From: Auanema rhodensis | Taxonomy: Eukaryota > Animalia > Nematoda | NCBI GenBank assembly: GCA_964057225.1 | Contig: OZ059897.1 | Coordinates: 19,654,001-19,718,000, forward strand | Direction of reading: 5' to 3' | Length of the DNA: 64,000 nucleotides | Shown: positions 12,101 through 26,325 of the stretch, one piece after another | How positions within the stretch are numbered: position 1 is the first letter of the stretch | How the letters are laid out: the number at the start of each line of letters is the position of its first letter | Program-made: the position numbers and the translations under genes | The notes under the pieces: model-generated | Told to the model about the DNA's origin: nothing | The model's database searches: none | The model's input: the letters and a program-made list of their open reading frames with translations, nothing else

Positions 12101-15100
12101 TAGATGTTTTTAGATTCCATTTCTCAAGGAAAAGACGATAGACAATGTTATTCAACGAAAAAATTAATTCTTCAGGGTGAAAATCGAGGATATAAGTGTG
12201 AACTTATATCAGTTGATATCTCGGTGCATTTTTAAGCTAGCGCAAATCTGATAACACAGATCGACGCAGCTTAAAAATCCGCATCGAATGCACTATACTA
12301 CATTGAGAAACGCTTAATACAAAAATTAGTTATGATCGTTTGAAAAATGATGCATTAGTGTATGTTGAGTTTCCATGTACACTCAACATTGCTTCCAAAA
12401 ACATTTTGACAAAAATTTTTTCGAAAAATTTCAAAATAATTTAGCAAAAAGTAGATGTTTTTAGATTCCTTTTTTCAAGGCAAAGACGATGGACAATGTT
12501 ATTCAACGAAAAAATTATTTCTTCAGGGTGAAAATCGAGGATATAAGTGTGAACTTATATCAGTTGATATCTCGGTGCATTTTTAAGCTAGCGCAAATCT
12601 GATAACACAGATCGACGCAGCTTAAAAATCCGCATCGAATGCACTATACTACATTGAGAAACGCTTAATACAAAAATTAGTTATGATCGTTTGAAAAATG
12701 ATGCATTAGTGTATGTTGAGTTTCCATGTACACTCAACATTGCTTCCAAAAACATTTTGACAAAAATTTTTTCGAAAAATTTCAAAATAATTAAGCAAAA
12801 AGTAGATGTTTTTAGATTCCTTTTTTCAAGGCAAAGACGATGGACAATGTTATTCAACGAAAAAATTAATTCTTCAGGGTGAAAATCGGGTATATATGTG
12901 TGAACTTATATCAGTTGATATCTCGGTGCATTTTTAAGCTAGCGCAAATCTGATAACACAGATCGACGCAGCTTGAAAATCCGCATCGAATGCACTATAC
13001 TACATTGAGAAACGCTTAATACAAAAATTAGTTATGATCGTTTGAAAAATGATGCATTAGTGTATGTTGAGTTTCCATGTACACTCAACATTGCTTCCAA
13101 AAACATTTTGACAAAACTTTTTTCGAAAAATTTCAAAATAATTTAGCAAAAAGTAGATGTTTTTAAATTCCATTTTTCAAGGCAAAGACGATGGACAATG
13201 TTATTCAACGAAAAAATTAATTCTTCAGGGTGAAAATCGAGGATATAAGTGTGAACTTATATCAGTTGATATCTCGGTGCATTTTTAAGCTAGCGCAAAT
13301 CTGATAACACAGATCGACGCAGCTTAAAAATCCGCATCGAATGCACTATACTACATTGAGAAACGCTTAATACAAAAATTAGTTATGATCGTTTGAAAAA
13401 TGATGCATTAGTGTATGTTGAGTTTCCATGTACACTCAACATTGCTTCCAAAAACATTTTGACAAAAATTTTTTCGAAAAATTTCAAAATAATTTAGCAA
13501 AAAGTAGATGTTTTTAGATTCCATTTTTCAAGGCAAAGACGATAGACAATGTTATTCAACGAAAAAATTAATTCTTCAGGGTGAAAATCGAGGATATAAG
13601 TGTGAACTTATATCAGTTGATATCTCGGTGCATTTTTAAGCTAGCGCAAATCTGATAACACAGATCGACGCAGCTTAAAAATCCGCATCGAATGCACTAT
13701 ACTACATTGAGAAACGCTTAATACAAAAATTAGTTATGATCGTTTGAAAAATGATGCATTAGTGTATGTTGAGTTTCCATGTACACTCAACATTGCTTCC
13801 AAAAACATTTTGACAAAAATTTTTTCGAAAAATTTCAAAATAATTTAGCAAAAAGTAGATGTTTTTAGATTCCTTTTTTCAAGGCAAAGACGATGGACAA
13901 TGTTATTCAACGAAAAAATTAATTCTTCAGGGTGAAAATCGGGTATATATGTGTGAACTTATATCAGTTGATATCTCGGTGCATTTTTAAGCTAGCGCAA
14001 ATCTGATAACACAGATCGACGCAGCTTGAAAATCCGCATCGAATGCACTATACTACATTGAGAAACGCTTAATACAAAAATTAGTTATGATCGTTTGAAA
14101 AATGATGCATTAGTGTATGTTGAGTTTCCATGTACACTCAACATTGCTTCCAAAAACATTTTGACAAAAATTTTTTCGAAAAATTTCAAAATAATTTAGC
14201 AAAAAGTAGATGTTTTTAGATTCCTTTTTTCAAGGCAAAGACGATGGACAATGTTATTCAACGAAAAAATTAATTCTTCAGGGTGAAAATCGGGTATATA
14301 TGTGTGAACTTATATCAGTTGATATCTCGGTGCATTTTTAAGCTAGCGCAAATCTGATAACACAGATCGACGCAGCTTGAAAATCCGCATCGAATGCACT
14401 ATACTACATTGAGAAACGCTTAATACAAAAATTAGTTATGATCGTTTGAAAAATGATGCATTAGTGTATGTTGAGTTTCCATGTACACTCAACATTGCTT
14501 CCAAAAACATTTTGACAAAAATTTTTTCGAAAAATTTCAAAATAATTTAGCAAAAAGTAGATGTTTTTAGATTCCTTTTTTCAAGGCAAAGACGATGGAC
14601 AATGTTATTCAACGAAAAAATTAATTCTTCAGGGTGAAAATCGGGTATATATGTGTGAACTTATATCAGTTGATATCTCGGTGCATTTTTAAGCTAGCGC
14701 AAATCTGATAACACAGATCGACGCAGCTTGAAAATCCGCATCGAATGCACTATACTACATTGAGAAACGCTTAATACAAAAATTAGTTATGATCGTTTGA
14801 AAAATGATGCATTAGTGTATGTTGAGTTTCCATGTACACTCAACATTGCTTCCAAAAACATTTTGACAAAAATTTTTTCGAAAAATTTCAAAATAATTTA
14901 GCAAAAAGTAGATGTTTTTAGATTCCTTTTTTCAAGGCAAAGACGATGGACAATGTTATTCAACGAAAAAATTAATTCTTCAGGGTGAAAATCGGGTATA
15001 TATGTGTGAACTTATATCAGTTGATATCTCGGTGCATTTTTAAGCTAGCGCAAATCTGATAACACAGATCGACGCAGCTTGAAAATCCGCATCAAATGCA

Positions 15101-18100
15101 CTATACTACATTGAGAAACGCTTAATACAAAAATTAGTTATGATCGTTTGAAAAATGATGCATTAGTGTATGTTGAGTTTCCATGTACACTCAACATTGC
15201 TTCCAAAAACATTTTGACAAAAATTTTTTCGAAAAATTTCAAAATAATTTAGCAAAAAGTAGATGTTTTTAGATTCCTTTTTTCAAGGCAAAGACGATGG
15301 ACAATGTTATTCAACGAAAAAATTAATTCTTCAGGGTGAAAATCGGGTATATATGTGTGAACTTATATCAGTTGATATCTCGGTGCATTTTTAAGCTAGC
15401 GCAAATCTGATAACACAGATCGACGCAGCTTGAAAATCCGCATCGAATGCACTATACTACATTGAGAAACGCTTAATACAAAAATTAGTTATGATCGTTT
15501 GAAAAATGATGCATTAGTGTATGTTGAGTTTCCATGTACACTCAACATTGCTTCCAAAAACATTTTGACAAAAATTTTTTCGAAAAATTTCAAAATAATT
15601 TAGCAAAAAGTAGATGTTTTTAGATTCCATTTCTCAAGGAAAAGACGATAGACAATGTTATTCAACGAAAAAATTAATTCTTCAGGGTGAAAATCGAGGA
15701 TATAAGTGTGAACTTATATCAGTTGATATCTCGGTGCATTTTTAAGCTAGCGCAAATCTGATAACACAGATCGACGCAGCTTAAAAATCCGCATCGAATG
15801 CACTATACTACATTGAGAAACGCTTAATACAAAAATTAGTTATGATCGTTTGAAAAATGATGCATTAGTGTATGTTGAGTTTCCATGTACACTCAACATT
15901 GCTTCCAAAAACATTTTGACAAAAATTTTTTCGAAAAATTTCAAAATAATTTAGCAAAAAGTAGATGTTTTTAGATTCCTTTTTTCAAGGCAAAGACGAT
16001 GGACAATGTTATTCAACGAAAAAATTATTTCTTCAGGGTGAAAATCGAGGATATAAGTGTGAACTTATATCAGTTGATATCTCGGTGCATTTTTAAGCTA
16101 GCGCAAATCTGATAACACAGATCGACGCAGCTTAAAAATCCGCATCGAATGCACTATACTACATTGAGAAACGCTTAATACAAAAATTAGTTATGATCGT
16201 TTGAAAAATGATGCATTAGTGTATGTTGAGTTTCCATGTACACTCAACATTGCTTCCAAAAACATTTTGACAAAAATTTTTTCGAAAAATTTCAAAATAA
16301 TTTAGCAAAAAGTAGATGTTTTTAGATTCCTTTTTTCAAGGCAAAGACGATGGACAATGTTATTCAACGAAAAAATTAATTCTTCAGGGTGAAAATCGGG
16401 TATATATGTGTGAACTTATATCAGTTGATATCTCGGTGCATTTTTAAGCTAGCGCAAATCTGATAACACAGATCGACGCAGCTTGAAAATCCGCATCGAA
16501 TGCACTATACTACATTGAGAAACGCTTAATACAAAAATTAGTTATGATCGTTTGAAAAATGATGCATTAGTGTATGTTGAGTTTCCATGTACACTCAACA
16601 TTGCTTCCAAAAACATTTTGACAAAACTTTTTTCGAAAAATTTCAAAATAATTTAGCAAAAAGTAGATGTTTTTAAATTCCATTTTTTAAGGCAAAGACG
16701 ATGGACAATGTTATTCAACGAAAAAATTAATTCTTCAGGGTGAAAATCGAGGATATAAGTGTGAACTTATATCAGTTGATATCTCGGTGCATTTTTAAGC
16801 TAGCGCAAATCTGATAACACAGATCGACGCAGCTTAAAAATCCGCATCGAATGCACTATACTACATTGAGAAACGCTTAATACAAAAATTAGTTATGATC
16901 GTTTGAAAAATGATGCATTAGTGTATGTTGAGTTTCCATGTACACTCAACATTGCTTCCAAAAACATTTTGACAAAACTTTTTTCGAAAAATTTCAAAAT
17001 AATTTAGCAAAAAGTAGATGTTTTTAAATTCCATTTTTCAAGGCAAAGACGATGGACAATGTTATTCAACGAAAAAATTAATTCTTCAGGGTGAAAATCG
17101 AGGATATAAGTGTGAACTTATATCAGTTGATATCTCGGTGCATTTTTAAGCTAGCGCAAATCTGATAACACAGATCGACGCAGCTTAAAAATCCGCATCG
17201 AATGCACTATACTACATTGAGAAACGCTTAATACAAAAATTAGTTATGATCGTTTGAAAAATGATGCATTAGTGTATGTTGAGTTTCCATGTACACTCAA
17301 CATTGCTTCCAAAAACATTTTGACAAAAATTTTTTCGAAAAATTTCAAAATAATTTAGCAAAAAGTAGATGTTTTTAGATTCCATTTTTCAAGGCAAAGA
17401 CGATAGACAATGTTATTCAACGAAAAAATTAATTCTTCAGGGTGAAAATCGAGGATATAAGTGTGAACTTATATCAGTTGATATCTCGGTGCATTTTTAA
17501 GCTAGCGCAAATCTGATAACACAGATCGACGCAGCTTAAAAATCCGCATCGAATGCACTATACTACATTGAGAAACGCTTAATACAAAAATTAGTTATGA
17601 TCGTTTGAAAAATGATGCATTAGTGTATGTTGAGTTTCCATGTACACTCAACATTGCTTCCAAAAACATTTTGACAAAAATTTTTTCGAAAAATTTCAAA
17701 ATAATTTAGCAAAAAGTAGATGTTTTTAGATTCCTTTTTTCAAGGCAAAGACGATGGACAATGTTATTCAACGAAAAAATTAATTCTTCAGGGTGAAAAT
17801 CGGGTATATATGTGTGAACTTATATCAGTTGATATCTCGGTGCATTTTTAAGCTAGCGCAAATCTGATAACACAGATCGACGCAGCTTGAAAATCCGCAT
17901 CGAATGCACTATACTACATTGAGAAACGCTTAATACAAAAATTAGTTATGATCGTTTGAAAAATGATGCATTAGTGTATGTTGAGTTTCCATGTACACTC
18001 AACATTGCTTCCAAAAACATTTTGACAAAACTTTTTTCGAAAAATTTCAAAATAATTTAGCAAAAAGTAGATGTTTTTAAATTCCATTTTTCAAGGCAAA

Positions 18101-21100
18101 GACGATGGACAATGTTATTCAACGAAAAAATTAATTCTTCAGGGTGAAAATCGAGGATATAAGTGTGAACTTATATCAGTTGATATCTCGGTGCATTTTT
18201 AAGCTAGCGCAAATCTGATAACACAGATCGACGCAGCTTAAAAATCCGCATCGAATGCACTATACTACATTGAGAAACGCTTAATACAAAAATTAGTTAT
18301 GATCGTTTGAAAAATGATGCATTAGTGTATGTTGAGTTTCCATGTACACTCAACATTGCTTCCAAAAACATTTTGACAAAAATTTTTTCGAAAAATTTCA
18401 AAATAATTTAGCAAAAAGTAGATGTTTTTAGATTCCATTTTTCAAGGCAAAGACGATAGACAATGTTATTCAACGAAAAAATTAATTCTTCAGGGTGAAA
18501 ATCGAGGATATAAGTGTGAACTTATATCAGTTGATATCTCGGTGCATTTTTAAGCTAGCGCAAATCTGATAACACAGATCGACGCAGCTTAAAAATCCGC
18601 ATCGAATGCACTATACTACATTGAGAAACGCTTAATACAAAAATTAGTTATGATCGTTTGAAAAATGATGCATTAGTGTATGTTGAGTTTCCATGTACAC
18701 TCAACATTGCTTCCAAAAACATTTTGACAAAAATTTTTTCGAAAAATTTCAAAATAATTTAGCAAAAAGTAGATGTTTTTAGATTCCTTTTTTCAAGGCA
18801 AAGACGATGGACAATGTTATTCAACGAAAAAATTAATTCTTCAGGGTGAAAATCGGGTATATATGTGTGAACTTATATCAGTTGATATCTCGGTGCATTT
18901 TTAAGCTAGCGCAAATCTGATAACACAGATCGACGCAGCTTGAAAATCCGCATCGAATGCACTATACTACATTGAGAAACGCTTAATACAAAAATTAGTT
19001 ATGATCGTTTGAAAAATGATGCATTAGTGTATGTTGAGTTTCCATGTACACTCAACATTGCTTCCAAAAACATTTTGACAAAAATTTTTTCGAAAAATTT
19101 CAAAATAATTTAGCAAAAAGTAGATGTTTTTAGATTCCATTTCTCAAGGAAAAGACGATAGACAATGTTATTCAACGAAAAAATTAATTCTTCAGGGTGA
19201 AAATCGAGGATATAAGTGTGAACTTATATCAGTTGATATCTCGGTGCATTTTTAAGCTAGCGCAAATCTGATAACACAGATCGACGCAGCTTAAAAATCC
19301 GCATCGAATGCACTATACTACATTGAGAAACGCTTAATACAAAAATTAGTTATGATCGTTTGAAAAATGATGCATTAGTGTATGTTGAGTTTCCATGTAC
19401 ACTCAACATTGCTTCCAAAAACATTTTGACAAAAATTTTTTCGAAAAATTTCAAAATAATTTAGCAAAAAGTAGATGTTTTTAGATTCCTTTTTTCAAGG
19501 CAAAGACGATGGACAATGTTATTCAACGAAAAAATTATTTCTTCAGGGTGAAAATCGAGGATATAAGTGTGAACTTATATCAGTTGATATCTCGGTGCAT
19601 TTTTAAGCTAGCGCAAATCTGATAACACAGATCGACGCAGCTTAAAAATCCGCATCGAATGCACTATACTACATTGAGAAACGCTTAATACAAAAATTAG
19701 TTATGATCGTTTGAAAAATGATGCATTAGTGTATGTTGAGTTTCCATGTACACTCAACATTGCTTCCAAAAACATTTTGACAAAAATTTTTTCGAAAAAT
19801 TTCGAAATAATTTAGCAAAAAGTAGATGTTTTTAGATTCCTTTTTTCAAGGCAAAGACGATGGACAATGTTATTCAACGAAAAAATTAATTCTTCAGGGT
19901 GAAAATCGGGTATATATGTGTGAACTTATATCAGTTGATATCTCGGTGCATTTTTAAGCTAGCGCAAATCTGATAACACAGATCGACGCAGCTTGAAAAT
20001 CCGCATCGAATGCACTATACTACATTGAGAAACGCTTAATACAAAAATTAGTTATGATCGTTTGAAAAATGATGCATTAGTGTATGTTGAGTTTCCATGT
20101 ACACTCAACATTGCTTCCAAAAACATTTTGACAAAACTTTTTTCGAAAAATTTCAAAATAATTTAGCAAAAAGTAGATGTTTTTAAATTCCATTTTTCAA
20201 GGCAAAGACGATGGACAATGTTATTCAACGAAAAAATTAATTCTTCAGGGTGAAAATCGAGGATATAAGTGTGAACTTATATCAGTTGATATCTCGGTGC
20301 ATTTTTAAGCTAGCGCAAATCTGATAACACAGATCGACGCAGCTTAAAAATCCGCATCGAATGCACTATACTACATTGAGAAACGCTTAATACAAAAATT
20401 AGTTATGATCGTTTGAAAAATGATGCATTAGTGTATGTTGAGTTTCCATGTACACTCAACATTGCTTCCAAAAACATTTTGACAAAACTTTTTTCGAAAA
20501 ATTTCAAAATAATTTAGCAAAAAGTAGATGTTTTTAAATTCCATTTTTCAAGGCAAAGACGATGGACAATGTTATTCAACGAAAAAATTAATTCTTCAGG
20601 GTGAAAATCGAGGATATAAGTGTGAACTTATATCAGTTGATATCTCGGTGCATTTTTAAGCTAGCGCAAATCTGATAACACAGATCGACGCAGCTTAAAA
20701 ATCCGCATCGAATGCACTATACTACATTGAGAAACGCTTAATACAAAAATTAGTTATGATCGTTTGAAAAATGATGCATTAGTGTATGTTGAGTTTCCAT
20801 GTACACTCAACATTGCTTCCAAAAACATTTTGACAAAAATTTTTTCGAAAAATTTCAAAATAATTTAGCAAAAAGTAGATGTTTTTAGATTCCATTTTTC
20901 AAGGCAAAGACGATAGACAATGTTATTCAACGAAAAAATTAATTCTTCAGGGTGAAAATCGAGGATATAAGTGTGAACTTATATCAGTTGATATCTCGGT
21001 GCATTTTTAAGCTAGCGCAAATCTGATAACACAGATCGACGCAGCTTAAAAATCCGCATCGAATGCACTATACTACATTGAGAAACGCTTAATACAAAAA

Positions 21101-21762
21101 TTAGTTATGATCGTTTGAAAAATGATGCATTAGTGTATGTTGAGTTTCCATGTACACTCAACATTGCTTCCAAAAACATTTTGACAAAAATTTTTTCGAA
21201 AAATTTCAAAATAATTTAGCAAAAAGTAGATGTTTTTAGATTCCTTTTTTCAAGGCAAAGACGATGGACAATGTTATTCAACGAAAAAATTAATTCTTCA
21301 GGGTGAAAATCGGGTATATATGTGTGAACTTATATCAGTTGATATCTCGGTGCATTTTTAAGCTAGCGCAAATCTGATAACACAGATCGACGCAGCTTGA
21401 AAATCCGCATCGAATGCACTATACTACATTGAGAAACGCTTAATACAAAAATTAGTTATGATCGTTTGAAAAATGATGCATTAGTGTATGTTGAGTTTCC
21501 ATGTACACTCAACATTGCTTCCAAAAACATTTTGACAAAAATTTTTTCGAAAAATTTCAAAATAATTTAGCAAAAAGTAGATGTTTTTAGATTCCTTTTT
21601 TCAAGGCAAAGACGATGGACAATGTTATTCAACGAAAAAATTAATTCTTCAGGGTGAAAATCGGGTATATATGTGTGAACTTATATCAGTTGATATCTCG
21701 GTGCATTTTTAAGCTAGCGCAAATCTGATAACACAGATCGACGCAGCTTGAAAATCCGCATC
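8425..21762. repeat. Degenerate 10-mer higher-order repeat (3510-bp period), ~4 copies
   Basis: The block C-D-B-E starts at 8425, 11935, 15445 and 18955 (E = ACAAAACTTT + TTTTAAATTC). The private variant ATTAAGC occurs in M27 and M37, 3510 bp apart. Confidence 0.85.
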
Positions 21763-24700
21763 GAATGCACTATACTACATTGAGAAACGCTTAATACAAA
21801 AATTAGTTATGATCGTTTGAAAAATGATGCATTAGTGTATGTTGAGTTTCCATGTACACTCAACATTGCTTCCAAAAACATTTTGACAAAAATTTTTTCG
21901 AAAAATTTCAAAATAATTTAGCAAAAAGTAGATGTTTTTAGATTCCTTTTTTCAAGGCAAAGACGATGGACAATGTTATTCAACGAAAAAATTAATTCTT
22001 CAGGGTGAAAATCGAGGATATAAGTGTGAACTTATATCAGTTGATATCTCGGTGCATTTTTAAGCTAGCGCAAATCTGATAACACAGATCGACGCAGCTT
22101 AAAAATCCGCATCGAATGCACTATATTACATTGAGAAACACTTGATACAAAAATTAGTTATGATCGTTTGAAAAATGATGCATTAGTGTATGTTGAGTTT
22201 CCATGTACACTCAACATTGCTTCCAAAAACATTTTGACAAAAATTTTTTCGAAAAATTTCAAAATAATTTAGCAAAAAGTAGATGTTTTTAGATTCCTTT
22301 TTTCAAGGCAAAGACGATGGACAATGTTATTCAACGAAAAAATTAATTCTTCAGGGTGAAAATCGAGGATATAAGTGTGAACTTATATCAGTTGATATCT
22401 CGGTGCATTTTTAAGCTAGCGCAAATCTGATAACACAGATCGACGCAGCTTAAAAATCCGCATCGAATGCACTATACTACATTGAGAAAAGCTTAATACA
22501 AAAATTAGTTATGATCGTTTGAAAAATGATGCATTAGTGTATGTTGAGTTTCCATGTACACTCAACATTGCTTCCAAAAACATTTTGACAAAAATTTTTT
22601 CGAAAAATTTCAAAATAATTTAGCAAAAAGTAGATGTTTTTAGATTCCTTTTTTCAAGGCAAAGACGATGGACAATGTTATTCAACGAAAAAATTAATTC
22701 TTCAGGGTGAAAATCGGGTATATATGTGTGAACTTATATCAGTTGATATCTCGGTGCATTTTTAAGCTAGCGCAAATCTGATAACACAGATCGACGCAGC
22801 TTGAAAATCCGCATCGAATGCACTATACTACATTGAGAAACGCTTAATACAAAAATTAGTTATGATCGTTTGAAAAATGATGCATTAGTGTATGTTGAGT
22901 TTCCATGTACACTCAACATTGCTTCCAAAAACATTTTGACAAAAATTTTTTCGAAAAATTTCAAAATAATTTAGCAAAAAGTAGATGTTTTTAGATTCCA
23001 TTTTTCAAGGCAAAGACGATGGACAATGTTATTCAACGAAAAAATTAATTCTTCAGGGTGAAAATCGAGGATATAAGTGTGAACTTATATCAGTTGATAT
23101 CTCGGTGCATTTTTAAGCTAGCGCAAATCTGATAACACAGATCGACGCAGCTTAAAAATCCGCATCGAATGCACTATACTACATTGAGAAACGCTTAATA
23201 CAAAAATTAGTTATGATCGTTTGAAAAATGATGCATTAGTGTATGTTGAGTTTCCATGTACACTCAACATTGCTTCCAAAAACATTTTGACAAAAATTTT
23301 TTCGAAAAATTTCAAAATAATTTAGCAAAAAGTAGATGTTTTTAGATTCCTTTTTTCAAGGCAAAGACGATGGACAATGTTATTCAACGAAAAAATTAAT
23401 TCTTCAGGGTGAAAATCGGGTATATATGTGTGAACTTATATCAGTTGATATCTCGGTGCATTTTTAAGCTAGCGCAAATCTGATAACACAGATCGACGCA
23501 GCTTGAAAATCCGCATCGAATGCACTATACTACATTGAGAAACGCTTAATACAAAAATTAGTTATGATCGTTTGAAAAATGATGCATTAGTGTATGTTGA
23601 GTTTCCATGTACACTCAACATTGCTTCCAAAAACATTTTGACAAAAATTTTTTCGAAAAATTTCAAAATAATTTAGCAAAAAGTAGATGTTTTTAGATTC
23701 CATTTTTCAAGGCAAAGACGATGGACAATGTTATTCAACGAAAAAATTAATTCTTCAGGGTGAAAATCGAGGATATAAGTGTGAACTTATATCAGTTGAT
23801 ATCTCGGTGCATTTTTAAGCTAGCGCAAATCTGATAACACAGATCGACGCAGCTTAAAAATCCGCATCGAATGCACTATACTACATTGAGAAACGCTTAA
23901 TACAAAAATTAGTTATGATCGTTTGAAAAATGATGCATTAGTGTATGTTGAGTTTCCATGTACACTCAACATTGCTTCCAAAAACATTTTGACAAAAATT
24001 TTTTCGAAAAATTTCAAAATAATTTAGCAAAAAGTAGATGTTTTTAGATTCCTTTTTTCAAGGCAAAGACGATGGACAATGTTATTCAACGAAAAAATTA
24101 ATTCTTCAGGGTGAAAATCGGGTATATATGTGTGAACTTATATCAGTTGATATCTCGGTGCATTTTTAAGCTAGCGCAAATCTGATAACACAGATCGACG
24201 CAGCTTGAAAATCCGCATCGAATGCACTATACTACATTGAGAAACGCTTAATACAAAAATTAGTTATGATCGTTTGAAAAATGATGCATTAGTGTATGTT
24301 GAGTTTCCATGTACACTCAACATTGCTTCCAAAAACATTTTGACAAAAATTTTTTCGAAAAATTTCAAAATAATTTAGCAAAAAGTAGATGTTTTTAGAT
24401 TCCTTTTTTCAAGGCAAAGACGATGGACAATGTTATTCAACGAAAAAATTAATTCTTCAGGGTGAAAATCGAGGATATAAGTGTGAACTTATATCAGTTG
24501 ATATCTCGGTGCATTTTTAAGCTAGCGCAAATCTGATAACACAGATCGACGCAGCTTAAAAATCCGCATCGAATGCACTATATTACATTGAGAAACACTT
24601 GATACAAAAATTAGTTATGATCGTTTGAAAAATGATGCATTAGTGTATGTTGAGTTTCCATGTACACTCAACATTGCTTCCAAAAACATTTTGACAAAAA

Positions 24701-26325
24701 TTTTTTCGAAAAATTTCAAAATAATTTAGCAAAAAGTAGATGTTTTTAGATTCCTTTTTTCAAGGCAAAGACGATGGACAATGTTATTCAACGAAAAAAT
24801 TAATTCTTCAGGGTGAAAATCGAGGATATAAGTGTGAACTTATATCAGTTGATATCTCGGTGCATTTTTAAGCTAGCGCAAATCTGATAACACAGATCGA
24901 CGCAGCTTAAAAATCCGCATCGAATGCACTATACTACATTGAGAAAAGCTTAATACAAAAATTAGTTATGATCGTTTGAAAAATGATGCATTAGTGTATG
25001 TTGAGTTTCCATGTACACTCAACATTGCTTCCAAAAACATTTTGACAAAAATTTTTTCGAAAAATTTCAAAATAATTTAGCAAAAAGTAGATGTTTTTAG
25101 ATTCCTTTTTTCAAGGCAAAGACGATGGACAATGTTATTCAACGAAAAAATTAATTCTTCAGGGTGAAAATCGGGTATATATGTGTGAACTTATATCAGT
25201 TGATATCTCGGTGCATTTTTAAGCTAGCGCAAATCTGATAACACAGATCGACGCAGCTTGAAAATCCGCATCGAATGCACTATACTACATTGAGAAACGC
25301 TTAATACAAAAATTAGTTATGATCGTTTGAAAAATGATGCATTAGTGTATGTTGAGTTTCCATGTACACTCAACATTGCTTCCAAAAACATTTTGACAAA
25401 AATTTTTTCGAAAAATTTCAAAATAATTTAGCAAAAAGTAGATGTTTTTAGATTCCATTTTTCAAGGCAAAGACGATGGACAATGTTATTCAACGAAAAA
25501 ATTAATTCTTCAGGGTGAAAATCGAGGATATAAGTGTGAACTTATATCAGTTGATATCTCGGTGCATTTTTAAGCTAGCGCAAATCTGATAACACAGATC
25601 GACGCAGCTTAAAAATCCGCATCGAATGCACTATACTACATTGAGAAACGCTTAATACAAAAATTAGTTATGATCGTTTGAAAAATGATGCATTAGTGTA
25701 TGTTGAGTTTCCATGTACACTCAACATTGCTTCCAAAAACATTTTGACAAAAATTTTTTCGAAAAATTTCAAAATAATTTAGCAAAAAGTAGATGTTTTT
25801 AGATTCCTTTTTTCAAGGCAAAGACGATGGACAATGTTATTCAACGAAAAAATTAATTCTTCAGGGTGAAAATCGGGTATATATGTGTGAACTTATATCA
25901 GTTGATATCTCGGTGCATTTTTAAGCTAGCGCAAATCTGATAACACAGATCGACGCAGCTTGAAAATCCGCATCGAATGCACTATACTACATTGAGAAAC
26001 GCTTAATACAAAAATTAGTTATGATCGTTTGAAAAATGATGCATTAGTGTATGTTGAGTTTCCATGTACACTCAACATTGCTTCCAAAAACATTTTGACA
26101 AAAATTTTTTCGAAAAATTTCAAAATAATTTAGCAAAAAGTAGATGTTTTTAGATTCCATTTTTCAAGGCAAAGACGATGGACAATGTTATTCAACGAAA
26201 AAATTAATTCTTCAGGGTGAAAATCGAGGATATAAGTGTGAACTTATATCAGTTGATATCTCGGTGCATTTTTAAGCTAGCGCAAATCTGATAACACAGA
26301 TCGACGCAGCTTAAAAATCCGCATC
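21412..26325. repeat. 7-mer tandem duplication (2457-bp period)
   Basis: The private monomer CTATATTACATTGAGAAACACTTGATAC occurs at 22114 and 24571. Each is followed by a GAAAAGCTT B-type monomer (22465, 24922), in the same type order. Confidence 0.9.
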
